Source of the DNA: Parcubacteria group bacterium CG1_02_58_44
GTDB taxonomy: Bacteria > Patescibacteriota > Patescibacteriia > SG8-24
Reading direction: 5' to 3'
Length of the DNA stretch: 64,000 nucleotides
Assembly: GCA_001872545.1 (NCBI GenBank)
Contig: MNWN01000041.1
Coordinates: 218-64,217, forward strand
The notes under the pieces are model-generated. The model had not been told where the DNA came from. It saw only the letters and a list, made by a program, of their open reading frames with translations, and did not search any database. A program made the translations under genes and the position numbers. Shown in pieces: positions 1 through 8,473 of the stretch (positions within the stretch are counted from its first letter, which is position 1; each line of letters opens with the position of its first letter).

Positions 1-1150
1 CAGAATATCCGATCAATTCCCCTCTCTCGACAAAAGTATCCTCCTTCACGACGATGCGGCTCAGGTGTCCGTAGACCGAAGAAAGATCGTTTCCGTGCAC
101 CAGCAGTACGTAGCTGTAACCCATGCCGGCATTCTTGGCTCGACCGACGACTCCGGATGCAACGGCTCGTACCGGAGTCCCCTGATAGGCTCGGATGTCG
201 ATACCTGGATGCTCGAATATATTACGGAACGGATAGTCAGGATCATGAAAAGTGCATGATAAACCACGTTCCGGATTGACCGGCCAGGCAAGTACTGTAG
301 AGGACGTACCTAGACGTTCCGAGAGATCCATTTTTTCACGCAGTGTCCTCTCCAAGGAGGTGATCTCCGAGTCCGCTTCATCCTGTTCGCGCTTTAGTTC
401 GGCCAACATATACCGGTACTCGAGTTCGGACGACATTGTCTCGGACAGCAGTGCATCCTTAAGCATCAGCTCGTCACTCATCTTTCGTCTCGTTGACTCC
501 AGATCCAACTTGCGAGACGCTGTCTCGATACGTTTATTCTCTCTTTCCTGACGTTCTGTCTCCAAATTCGACTTGAGTCCGGAGATATTCTTGAGGGATC
601 CGTCCAAACTGCGCTGCAGAGAAACCACCGCATAGAGCTCATCGAAAAAATCGGAAAAGGTATCATGCGAAAGCAGAAGCTCTAAAACGCTCGAATCAGT
701 CTGACGGCGATTAAGGCCTCGAGCCAGAGAGCCAAGCAATATCCGCTCGTGTTCCATCTGTCTTTCCACCTCACCGATCCTAGTATCGAGACCACTGACC
801 TGAAGTTCGATGACTCTGATCTCCTGCTCCGAAACCTCAATGCTGACTTTGGTCTTGGCCACCTGACTCTCTATCAGATTGATCTGATCCTCTATTGATG
901 CGCCCTCAATCTTCTTCTGAGAAATAAGTTGACGATAGTGATCTACCCGATCGTTGAGCTCCTTCACCTGAGTTTTCTTTTTCTGCACCTCAGAATTCAT
1001 TTCTTCGATCTCACTCTTTACGTCTGAACTTTCGGCGAAAACAGTGCTGATCGGAATCAAAAATCCAATCGACAAAACTAAAACAACAAGACCGAACGAC
1101 AACACGCTCAGCTTCGACATCTTCGAATTTTCAAATTGTCTTTTTGCCAT
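1..1150 (-). CDS. M23-family peptidoglycan metallo-endopeptidase with N-terminal signal/TM segment and long coiled-coil (EnvC-like). It is partial and continues beyond the window start.
   Basis: Manual minus-strand translation from the ATG at about 1150 gives MAKRQFENSKMSKLSVLSFGLVVLVLSIGFLIPISTVFA..., followed by a long heptad-rich region. It then gives ...FEHPGIDIRA...YVLLVHGNDLSSVYGHLS, which matches the first zinc-binding motif (HxxxD) and the conserved central region of M23 peptidases. There is no stop codon before position 1. The ORF track omits it because it runs off the edge of the window. Confidence 0.7.
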   Translation of the reverse strand, partial: MAKRQFENSKMSKLSVLSFGLVVLVLSIGFLIPISTVFAESSDVKSEIEEMNSEVQKKKTQVKELNDRVDHYRQLISQKKIEGASIEDQINLIESQVAKTKVSIEVSEQEIRVIELQVSGLDTRIGEVERQMEHERILLGSLARGLNRRQTDSSVLELLLSHDTFSDFFDELYAVVSLQRSLDGSLKNISGLKSNLETERQERENKRIETASRKLDLESTRRKMSDELMLKDALLSETMSSELEYRYMLAELKREQDEADSEITSLERTLREKMDLSERLGTSSTVLAWPVNPERGLSCTFHDPDYPFRNIFEHPGIDIRAYQGTPVRAVASGVVGRAKNAGMGYSYVLLVHGNDLSSVYGHLSRIVVKEDTFVERGELIGYS

Positions 1151-1154
1151 CAAG

Positions 1155-2621
1155 CTACAGTTTAGCTATGGCCGATCCAAGACGTCGAACGGTCGTCTCC
1201 TGACCCAGAGCCCAGGCCACCTCAAACGGACCTGGCGACGCCGACAGTCCAGTCAATGCGACACGCATCGGCCAGAGAGTCTCCGCGTTTGTCCATCCCA
1301 TCTTGATGACGAAACCCAGCAGTTCCGATTCAATCGACTCTCGACTATCAAAAATCTTCGGTTCGAGTTCAGAGATATGCTCTTTTAGTCCGATTAGCCG
1401 ATCCTTGGCGATCTCAACCGTCGATTTCTTCCAGGACAGAAGGCCGGGATCAACGTCCGGATCCTCAAACAGGAACGGTAATGCAGCCGGTATTTCGGAC
1501 AGTGTCCTGGCCCGACTTCGCTCAAGCAACGCCACCTTGGCGATGATCTCCTGATCAGTTCCCAAACCGGCCTTTTCGAAGAATGGCTTTGCCAAACCTA
1601 TCAGCTCCTCATCCGACAGCTTCTTTATGTACTCGCCGTTCATCCAGTCGAGCTTCTCTAGGTCAAAGATGGCCCCACCGCGATTGACTTTGGTTAGGTC
1701 GAAAGAGTCGACCAGTTCCTGGCGGCTGTAAATCTCCCGATCGCTGTTCGGATTCCAACCTAACAGAGCCACAAAGTTCACTAAAGCTTCGGAGAGATAG
1801 CCCTTGTCACGGTAGTCCTCGACGGCCACGTCGCCCTGGCGCTTCGAGAGTTTGGAACGGTCCCGATTCAGCAACAGCGGCAAGTGCGCGAACTTAGGCT
1901 GTTCCCAACCGAAAGCTTCATAGAGCATAACGTGCTTGGGCGTCGACGGACACCACTCCTCGCCCCTGATGACATGGGTTATCTCCATAAGGTGGTCGTC
2001 TACCACGACGGCCAGATGATAGGTCGGAAACCCATCCGATTTCAGCAGCACCTGATCGTCGACCTGATCGTTCGATATCTCAATTCGTCCGCGTATCAGG
2101 TCGTTCCAACCGGTCGTACCCTCAAACGGCACGGCCAGACGCACGACGTGTGGCTGACCGCTCGCCAAGAGCGTCTGCCTTTCCTCCTCGGACAAATCGC
2201 GGCAGCGACGATCGTACATCGTTCGGCCGCCCTCCGTACGCTGCCTCTCCCTCATTTCGTCCAGACGCTCAGCGCAGCAGAAACAGCGATAGGCATAACC
2301 TTTGTCTACCAACTGGTTGACGTATTTTTTGTAAATGTCAAGCCTCTGAGACTGAACGTACGGACCGTACTCGCCGTGCTCACGCAGCTCACCGGCCGAA
2401 TCAATGTAAGGACCCTCATCAGGCTCTATTCCGGCCCACCTCAAGGTACTGATGATATTCTCGATGCCACCGTCTACCAGTCTGGTACGATCAGTGTCTT
2501 CGATACGTAAAATAAGTCGTCCATTGTTCTTCCGGGCGAAGAGCTCGCAATATAGTGCTGTACGCAATCCGCCGACATGCAAGAATCCGGTCGGTGAAGG
2601 CGCAAATCTGACCCTGATCAT
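1155..2621 (-). CDS. gltX: glutamate--tRNA ligase
   Basis: MIRVRFAPSPTGFLHVGGLRTALY...RIEDTD (HIGH-type class I motif region); 488 aa; its ATG overlaps the stop of the upstream glycosyltransferase (ATGA). Confidence 0.95.
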   Translation of the reverse strand: MIRVRFAPSPTGFLHVGGLRTALYCELFARKNNGRLILRIEDTDRTRLVDGGIENIISTLRWAGIEPDEGPYIDSAGELREHGEYGPYVQSQRLDIYKKYVNQLVDKGYAYRCFCCAERLDEMRERQRTEGGRTMYDRRCRDLSEEERQTLLASGQPHVVRLAVPFEGTTGWNDLIRGRIEISNDQVDDQVLLKSDGFPTYHLAVVVDDHLMEITHVIRGEEWCPSTPKHVMLYEAFGWEQPKFAHLPLLLNRDRSKLSKRQGDVAVEDYRDKGYLSEALVNFVALLGWNPNSDREIYSRQELVDSFDLTKVNRGGAIFDLEKLDWMNGEYIKKLSDEELIGLAKPFFEKAGLGTDQEIIAKVALLERSRARTLSEIPAALPFLFEDPDVDPGLLSWKKSTVEIAKDRLIGLKEHISELEPKIFDSRESIESELLGFVIKMGWTNAETLWPMRVALTGLSASPGPFEVAWALGQETTVRRLGSAIAKL

Positions 2622-3394
2622 AGTCTGTTCCTTTCTGCCTTAATGATACCAAGCCGCACCCCCAGAACCAAGGCCGGGAAAAATACGACGGCAGTTAATA
2701 TGCGGCCCAAACGCCACGGCTGCAAGATGAGCCGCCAACACCACTCCAGCCCTAGTTGTCGAATCCAACGCGGTGCTCGTCGTACATCGCCGGCCCAAAA
2801 GTCGAAGGCGCCACCGATTCCCATGGCTACCCTAACCGAGGGAAACTTATGCAAATGCGAGGCGATCCATCTCTCCTGGATTTCATGTCCGAATGCGACG
2901 AACAGAACGTCTGGTGCGGCAGCTGAGATGGATTCTTTCACCTCTGGTGAGAGCAACGGTTCATCATCCGAGTCAACCGAAATACGGCCACCACTCAAAG
3001 TTCCGACGACCTTCAGAGCCGGATGACGATCCTGCATCCGTCGAGCCGCTCGACTAGCCACCCCATCTCCGCCGCCTAGAAAATATACAGTAAGACCATA
3101 TTCTGCGACCAAACGACAGACTGCGTCCACCAGATCCGTACCGGTTACTCGTTCCGGGATCTTTAACCCAAAAAATTTAGCAGCCCAGAGTAACCCTACC
3201 CCATCGGGTACATTGAGGTCGCCTTTTTGCAAAGTGTCGCAAAATGGCCGACTTCTTCGGGCCAGAACAAGCATCTCCGGATTCGGCGTAAAGACTGCTC
3301 TTCCCAATTTTTCAGCTAAAAAGTAGGCAATTCTCTGTTTGACCTCTTGGTTAGTGAAGGTGTCGATCGGAACTCCCAATAGTCGAATTCTCAT
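2618..3394 (-). CDS. WecB/TagA/CpsF-family glycosyltransferase (N-acetylmannosaminyl-transferase-like)
   Basis: MRIRLLGVPIDTFT...LNVPDGVGLLWAAKF is typical of the WecG/TagA family. The ORF-track start at 3418 is a TTG; the first ATG (MRIRLL) is at about 3394. Confidence 0.75.
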   Translation of the reverse strand: MRIRLLGVPIDTFTNQEVKQRIAYFLAEKLGRAVFTPNPEMLVLARRSRPFCDTLQKGDLNVPDGVGLLWAAKFFGLKIPERVTGTDLVDAVCRLVAEYGLTVYFLGGGDGVASRAARRMQDRHPALKVVGTLSGGRISVDSDDEPLLSPEVKESISAAAPDVLFVAFGHEIQERWIASHLHKFPSVRVAMGIGGAFDFWAGDVRRAPRWIRQLGLEWCWRLILQPWRLGRILTAVVFFPALVLGVRLGIIKAERNRL

Positions 3395-3429
3395 AGTAGG
3401 GTAAAGAATAGCATGCAAAAAAAGAAAGG

Positions 3430-3454
3430 CAAGTATGTCTTCACGACAAAATAG
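3430..3454. repeat. left inverted repeat (GGCAAGTATGTCTTCACGACAAAAT) of the lower-GC 1.9-kb unit
   Basis: A 21-bp core AGTATGTCTTCACGACAAAAT is exactly reverse-complementary to 5318-5338. The flanking GGC and inner GGCC are also shared. Confidence 0.7.
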
Positions 3455-3570
3455 GCCGAAAGGTCTATTTTTTATGGATAAGTTTTAGACTTAGCCTTAA
3501 AATGTGATACGCCAATACCACACAATGTCACTTGACTTTCCAGCCGTTTGTGCTATCGTTCGGTCATATG

Positions 3571-3951
3571 GCGAAGAAGAAAGAAGAAAAGCTAGCCGAA
3601 AGACTAGAAAGGATCAAGATTCTTGAGAAGCAGCGCGATGACATTACGCGCGAGCTTGAGGTTCTTATTGGTCTTAGAGAACCGGAAAAGCCAGCACAAC
3701 CTCCAGAAGGTTACGAGCAAGGTAAGGAAATCGTCGAGATTGTTAGGTCAGCCGGTAGGCCCATGACGACCCCTGACATAGTTAAAGCCATCTTCAAGAA
3801 GTGGGACTACAAAGTCAATGCTTCCAGTGTTAGAACTTCCGGAAAATTTGTAGCTAAGACATATCCAGACCGTCTTGTATATGAAAACAAGAAGTTTAGC
3901 GTTCCTAAGCCCAAAGTAGAACCGTACATAGACGTTCCACGGATAGAATAG
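3571..3951 (+). CDS. hypothetical small protein, N-terminal coiled-coil plus C-terminal winged-helix-like (HARE-HTH/Mrr_N-like) region
   Basis: The ORF is 3532-3951. A sigma70-like TTGACT-16 nt-TATCGT lies inside its first codons, which makes the ATG at 3571 (MAKKKEEK...) the likelier start, as a leaderless or short-leader transcript. The C-terminal GRPMTTPDIVKAIFKKW...KKF resembles winged-helix DNA-binding folds. GC is lower (about 45%) than the flanks. Confidence 0.45.
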   Translation, partial: AKKKEEKLAERLERIKILEKQRDDITRELEVLIGLREPEKPAQPPEGYEQGKEIVEIVRSAGRPMTTPDIVKAIFKKWDYKVNASSVRTSGKFVAKTYPDRLVYENKKFSVPKPKVEPYIDVPRIE

Positions 3952-3961
3952 GCAACAAAAA

Positions 3962-4072
3962 TCCGTCCATAGAGCGGGTGGTAGAGCTGTGTGAAATCAC
4001 AGATGGTAGCTACCTCGCCAAAGGTCGCTTATGCGATCTCTCAACTATGCTACCACTCGCTTCATGGACGGA
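3962..4072 (+). repeat. 110-bp palindromic element: 23-bp near-perfect terminal inverted repeats enclosing about 65 nt with internal hairpins (MITE-like or structured small RNA)
   Basis: TCCGTCCATAGAGCGGGTGGTAG (3962-3984) pairs with CTACCACTCGCTTCATGGACGGA (4050-4072) at 21 of 23 positions including wobbles. An internal CTGTG-TGAAAT-CACAG hairpin is present. Confidence 0.4.
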
Positions 4073-4095
4073 TTGAAACTTCACAACAGAGCTGG

Positions 4096-4183
4096 GCGGA
4101 GGTGGCGAAACTGGAATACGCACCCGTCTTGAAAACGGGCGTCCTGCACGGATTTGCGGGTTCAAGCCCCGTCCTCCGCACCA
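4096..4183 (+). tRNA. tRNA-Ser (anticodon UGA), type II with long variable arm, CCA encoded
   Basis: Folded by hand. The acceptor stem is GCGGAGG/CCTCCGC. The D-stem is GCG/CGC with a GG in the loop. The anticodon stem is CCCGT/ACGGG with loop CUUGAAA, giving UGA. The variable arm is 16 nt. The T-arm is GCGGG-TTCAAGC-CCCGT. The discriminator is A, followed by CCA. Confidence 0.85.
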
Positions 4184-4186
4184 GCC

Positions 4187-4198
4187 TTGTTGTGAAGA
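4187..4198. repeat. partial direct copy (TTGTTGTGAAGA) of the right-end repeat core, immediately 3' of the tRNA-Ser
   Basis: It matches TTGTCGTGAAGA at 5322-5333 at 11 of 12 positions and lies in the same orientation. Confidence 0.3.
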
Positions 4199-4375
4199 AA
4201 AGAGCTTAACGTAGCTATATTCTGATGATTGGAGTATAGCATTTCCTGTCTCTCGAATCAAGAGACTACAGTAGTAGTTATACACAATTTGCTTTGACTG
4301 TCAAGTCAACTATGTCCGGTAAAAAGCTGATGAAAGATAAGGGTCATACCTCAAAGAGCAGGTTCTTCAACCTGC

Positions 4376-5245
4376 TCAAGAGGGCCGCACAACCTCAGAA
4401 AGAAGAAGATGGAACAGGTGAACCGGAGAGTTCCGGTGATTCCAGCGAAAAACGTGTTCGTCAACGTACTCCTGAAGATGGGCAGGACTGACGGCATGGT
4501 ACGTACCGTCCACGGAACGCTTTAGCTGACCCCAAAATCCCTCAATGCTGTTGGTGTAGACGTTGCCCCGAACGTACTCACCGGCAGAATGTCTAACAGT
4601 ATGGTGATTGTAGCCATGCTCTTTTGATCTCTTGTAGCTAGCCATCTCGTCCGTCATTACAGTCGATCCGATCTTCACGTTCTCGCGGATAAGCGGCATT
4701 ACCGTCTTTGCCCTCACGTTCGGAACGGCCTTAGCGAACACCTTGCCGGTGTCCCGGTTTGAGATGCCGAACACGGCGGTCTTTCCGGCGGCCCCACGAC
4801 CGCGCTTGCCGTGCCTGCGCCCGCCGATATAGGTCTCGTCAACCTCTACCGTTCCGCTGAACGGCGACGAACCGAAACGCATTAAGGAACGGATGCGGCG
4901 TGACATGGACAGGGCCGTCTTGTATTCGCAGCCGACGATTCTGGCTATCTCCGTCGCCGCCATCCCGTTCTTGCCCTGTGACATCAGGAAGATAGTCAGG
5001 AAATAGTCCTCAAGCGGTATCTCGGACTTGTTGAAGATTGTTCCGGCGGTTGGGGAAACCTGCCTCTTTCCACAACCGCAAGTGAAAGTCCTGCGGTTTT
5101 TTGTCCTCTTAAACTTACCGGACCGACCGCATTTCTCGCACTTGAAGTCTGGACCGAAACGGAGATCGAAAAGGTACTGCAAGCAAGCCGATTCGTCGGG
5201 AAAGTCTGCCTTGAACTGTCTACGGGTGTATTTCATATCACCCAT
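4376..5245 (-). CDS. IS1595-family (ISXO2-like) DDE transposase with N-terminal zinc ribbon
   Basis: CEKCG...CGCG zinc ribbon; VEVDETYIGG...TDEMASY...NHH...HTNSIEGFWGQLKR...YHAVS...FRWNHR is the canonical DDE_Tnp_IS1595 signature. Confidence 0.9.
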   Translation of the reverse strand: MGDMKYTRRQFKADFPDESACLQYLFDLRFGPDFKCEKCGRSGKFKRTKNRRTFTCGCGKRQVSPTAGTIFNKSEIPLEDYFLTIFLMSQGKNGMAATEIARIVGCEYKTALSMSRRIRSLMRFGSSPFSGTVEVDETYIGGRRHGKRGRGAAGKTAVFGISNRDTGKVFAKAVPNVRAKTVMPLIRENVKIGSTVMTDEMASYKRSKEHGYNHHTVRHSAGEYVRGNVYTNSIEGFWGQLKRSVDGTYHAVSPAHLQEYVDEHVFRWNHRNSPVHLFHLLLSEVVRPS

Positions 5246-5316
5246 ATTCTAGCATGGCCTTATTTTGCTGTCAAGAGTAGTTTTAAGGTTAAAATATGTC
5301 TAAAATAAGGCCATTT

Positions 5317-5341
5317 TCATTTTGTCGTGAAGACATACTCG
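5317..5341. repeat. right inverted repeat (ATTTTGTCGTGAAGACATACTCGCC)
   Basis: Exact reverse complement of the 3432-3452 core. Confidence 0.7.
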
Positions 5342-5398
5342 CCAAAGAAAAGCCTTGGCCTTAACTTGACACCGTCCCAGTTAGGCATGACAATAATG

Positions 5399-5425
5399 TT
5401 AGCAGTCTCTACATTAGAGTGCTAA
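5399..5425 (+). promoter_or_regulatory. CIRCE operator (HrcA binding site) upstream of clpB
   Basis: TTAGCAGTC-TCTACATTA-GAGTGCTAA versus consensus TTAGCACTC-N9-GAGTGCTAA (1 mismatch). It lies 37 nt upstream of the clpB ATG. Confidence 0.75.
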
Positions 5426-5462
5426 AGGCCTCAATTTTGCCTAAAAAATCAGGCTAAAGACT

Positions 5463-8105
5463 ATGCTTCCCAAAAACTTCACCACTAAATCGCGTGAGGC
5501 TATAGAGTCAGCCCAGGTTCAGGCCTTCGAGAACGGCAACCCGGAACTCAGCCCACTGCACATTCTGACCGCTCTCCTAGAACAGTCCGAGGAGGTCATC
5601 GGATCGGTCTGTGACAAGTTAGAGACTGATCGGTCCGAGCTAAATCGCCGGACACAGAGTCTTGTTGCCCAGCTACCGAAGCAAGAGCCCTCGTCCGATA
5701 CAGCTCAATTGGCACTGGGTTTGGCTACAGTTCGTGTCCTTCGTCAGGCCGAAAAAGAGGCCAAGGGCTTCGGCGACGAATACATCTCGACCGAACATCT
5801 ACTGCTGGCTCTGCTCGAAATCCCCTCTCCGGCAAAGACACTGCTCGACGAGGCTGGAATCTTACATGACGGAGTAATGAAAGTCTTGGTCGAAATCAGG
5901 GGTTCACAGAAAGTAGACTCGCCCGAACCTGAACAGAAATATCAGGCCCTAAAAAAATATTCCCGCAACCTGACCGAGCTAGCCCGTAAGGAAAAGCTCG
6001 ATCCGATCATCGGACGTGATGAGGAGATACGTCGGGTGATGCAGGTGCTGTCGAGACGGACCAAGAACAATCCGGTGCTGATAGGCGAGGCCGGCACCGG
6101 CAAGACGGCGATCGTCGAGGGCCTGGCCCAACGCATCATCCAAGGTGACGTGCCCGAACTGCTGAAGGACAAAGAGATCGCCGTATTGGACCTTGGTTCG
6201 TTGGTGGCCGGATCAAAATTTCGTGGTGAGTTCGAGGACCGTCTCAAGGCCCTGCTCAGGGAAATCGAGAGTTCGGACGGACGTGTCATCCTCTTCGTCG
6301 ACGAACTTCACACCCTAGTCGGTGCAGGATCGAGCGACGGCTCTCCTCTCGACGCCTCCAATATGCTGAAGCCGGCTCTGGCCCGGGGTGAGCTGCGGGC
6401 GATCGGAGCTACGACGCCGAAGGAATACCAGAAATACATAGAAAAAGACGCGGCGCTCGAACGTCGATTTCAGCCGGTCTCGGTCACCGAGCCGTCTTTT
6501 GACGACGCAGTCGCTATCCTACGCGGTATCAAGGAACGCTACGAGCTGCATCACGGCGTCCGCATCACCGATCCGGCGGTAGTCGCGGCGGTGGAACTCT
6601 CCACACGCTACATCCAGGATCGTTTTCTGCCGGACAAGGCCGTCGACGTGATCGACGAAGCAGCCTCCGCCTTACGCATGGAGATCGACTCCGAACCGCA
6701 GGAAATCGATGCACTCAAGCGTAGCCTAATGCGTTTGAGACTGGAGAAGCTGGCATTAGAGAAAGAAGATGACTCTGACTCTAAGGAACGGCTGTCGGAG
6801 ATAGAAAAGGGTCTGGCCGAACTCAACGAGCGCTATTCCTCGCTCGAGCTGTCGTGGAAAAATGAACGCGAGGCCATTGCGGAGATACGCTCTAGCCGCA
6901 AACGTACGGACGAACTCAGACAGGAAGCGGAGATCGCCCAAAGGAGCGGCGATGACCGTAGCATGGTCCGAGCCGGCGAAATACTTCACCGCGAGATACC
7001 TGAGGCTCAAAAAGACCTAGACCGCGCGACGCAGAAACTGGCCGAACTGCAGTTCGGCCACCGCTTTCTGAAGGAAGAAGTGACGGAGAAAGACGTGGCC
7101 AAGGTCGTCTCGCGCTGGACCGGCATCCCCGTCGCCAAGATGCTTCGCGAGGAGGCGACTAAAATGGCCAATATGGAAAAGGAATTAAAAAAGCGTGTCG
7201 TCGGTCAAGAGGAGGCTGTACATGCTGTCGCGGGCGCCATCCGTCGATCCCGGGCCGGTGTGGCCGAGGAGAACCAACCTATCGGGTCTTTCCTCTTTCT
7301 CGGACCGACTGGCGTGGGTAAAACTGAATTGGCCCGAGCCCTGGCGGAGTTCATGTTCAACGACGAGAATGCCATGATTAGACTCGACATGTCCGAATAC
7401 GGCGAAAGGCACACCGTATCCCGAATGCTCGGATCCCCTCCCGGATATGTCGGCCACGACGAGGGAGGTCAGCTGACCGAACAGGTTCGCCGCCGTCCCT
7501 ACTCGGTCGTCCTGCTCGACGAGATCGAAAAGGCCCATCCCGACGTCTGGAATACCTTTCTGCAAATACTGGACGATGGTCGGGTCACCGACTCCAAGGG
7601 ACGCAAGGTGAATTTCAAGAACACGGTCATTATTATGACCTCTAACATCGGCTCGGACACCATACTTGAAGCCGGCCGCCGCGGACACCTAGGCTTCTCC
7701 GATGCCGAGACGCACGAGGATGACTCGGTACGCAGCAGGATAATGGAGCTCCTCAAGGACCAGATGAAGCCGGAATTTTTGAACCGTTTGGACGAGATAA
7801 TCGTCTTTGAATCGCTAAGCGAGATCGAGATAACGCAGATAGCGCAGATCCAACTCGACCGAGTAGCCATCCGGCTGGCCGAACAGCATATCGGAATAAG
7901 CGTCTCCAATGCAGCCCAAAAACTCATCGCCAAGAAGGGCTACGATCCGTCATTTGGGGCCAGACCAATCAAACGTGTCATCCAGCACGAAATTCTCGAC
8001 CCTTTGGCCATGATGATCATCGATGGACGGCTGGAATCAGGCGGACAGGCCAAAATCGACGCGAAAAGCGGTGAACTGACGATCAATATCTCCCAAAAAG
8101 ACTGA
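5463..8105 (+). CDS. clpB: ATP-dependent chaperone ClpB (two AAA+ modules with coiled-coil middle domain)
   Basis: 880 aa; two Walker A motifs ([16 protein letters not shown]); the Clp N-domain; a long M-domain coiled-coil. Confidence 0.95.
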   Translation: MLPKNFTTKSREAIESAQVQAFENGNPELSPLHILTALLEQSEEVIGSVCDKLETDRSELNRRTQSLVAQLPKQEPSSDTAQLALGLATVRVLRQAEKEAKGFGDEYISTEHLLLALLEIPSPAKTLLDEAGILHDGVMKVLVEIRGSQKVDSPEPEQKYQALKKYSRNLTELARKEKLDPIIGRDEEIRRVMQVLSRRTKNNPVLIGEAGTGKTAIVEGLAQRIIQGDVPELLKDKEIAVLDLGSLVAGSKFRGEFEDRLKALLREIESSDGRVILFVDELHTLVGAGSSDGSPLDASNMLKPALARGELRAIGATTPKEYQKYIEKDAALERRFQPVSVTEPSFDDAVAILRGIKERYELHHGVRITDPAVVAAVELSTRYIQDRFLPDKAVDVIDEAASALRMEIDSEPQEIDALKRSLMRLRLEKLALEKEDDSDSKERLSEIEKGLAELNERYSSLELSWKNEREAIAEIRSSRKRTDELRQEAEIAQRSGDDRSMVRAGEILHREIPEAQKDLDRATQKLAELQFGHRFLKEEVTEKDVAKVVSRWTGIPVAKMLREEATKMANMEKELKKRVVGQEEAVHAVAGAIRRSRAGVAEENQPIGSFLFLGPTGVGKTELARALAEFMFNDENAMIRLDMSEYGERHTVSRMLGSPPGYVGHDEGGQLTEQVRRRPYSVVLLDEIEKAHPDVWNTFLQILDDGRVTDSKGRKVNFKNTVIIMTSNIGSDTILEAGRRGHLGFSDAETHEDDSVRSRIMELLKDQMKPEFLNRLDEIIVFESLSEIEITQIAQIQLDRVAIRLAEQHIGISVSNAAQKLIAKKGYDPSFGARPIKRVIQHEILDPLAMMIIDGRLESGGQAKIDAKSGELTINISQKD

Positions 8106-8140
8106 CAATCACTGACGGCCGACTTGATTTGAGAGGAAAC

Positions 8141-8169
8141 AAACCCCCCGGAGCAATCCGAGGGGTTTT
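8141..8169 (+). terminator. putative intrinsic terminator after clpB
   Basis: AAACCCC-(14-nt loop)-GGGGTTTT beginning about 35 nt after the clpB stop. Confidence 0.45.
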
Positions 8170-8390
8170 AGCCGCATTGTTTGACCTATTCAATTTATAA
8201 GTGTGTTCGGTAGGAACCTTGCGTCCCGCATCTTAACGCGCAACTATGATATCGGCGACAGCGCCGAAATACTGACGCCATATCGCCCTGACTTTCCTCC
8301 TGACCATAACTTGGCTAAGTTACGGCACCATGCTAAGATGATGGTGCCACGGTGCGTGGATCGGGTCGGACTAAAAGGTCCGTCCCGGAA

Positions 8391-8430
8391 AACGTCACGC
8401 CAATCTCCCACGGGCGTGACGTTTTTGTTT
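8391..8430. terminator. bidirectional hairpin terminator (lexA 3' end on the minus strand; also closes a plus-strand transcript)
   Basis: AACGTCACGCC-(11 nt)-GGCGTGACGTT is followed by TTTTTG on the plus strand and preceded by an A-run (a U-run for the minus strand). Confidence 0.6.
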
Positions 8431-8473
8431 GTTAAAACGACCTTTAGCGAATTAAAGATGGAGAGACTGCAGT

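Larger units (their letters stand above)
3430..5341 (-). mobile_element. candidate IS1595-family-derived composite unit delimited by the 21-25-bp inverted repeats (boundaries provisional; it may be a 1.1-kb IS plus captured flank)
   Basis: There are inverted repeats at 3430-3454 and 5317-5341. The transposase gene abuts the right repeat. Interior GC is lower than the neighbours. Confidence 0.4.

Noticed and set aside
1884-2510. 208-aa plus-strand ORF inside gltX, and similar long antisense ORFs. These include 7185-7688 in clpB, 12811-13287 in fmt, 31538-32596 in the T4CP gene, 34970-35968 opposite the ligase, and 38056-38745 in secD. Others are 45694-46803 in secA, 50343-51779 opposite murC, 54785-55459 in glyA, 60854-62314 opposite dnaB/ybaB/recR, and 62462-63358.
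   Set aside because: Each lies entirely antisense to a gene with clear homology and conserved motifs. High GC suppresses stop codons in alternative frames, and these ORFs show low-complexity Arg/Ala/Pro-rich translations typical of spurious antisense ORFs.
3962-4072. The 110-bp palindromic element as SRP (4.5S) RNA, 6S RNA or a second tRNA
   Set aside because: The conserved SRP domain-IV core, 6S architecture and tRNA cloverleaf could not be located in it. It remains an unclassified structured or MITE-like element.
4294-4491. 65-aa plus-strand ORF between tRNA-Ser and the IS1595 transposase
   Set aside because: It overlaps the 3' end of the transposase gene on the other strand, has no RBS and a low-complexity product, and is more likely IS end sequence.
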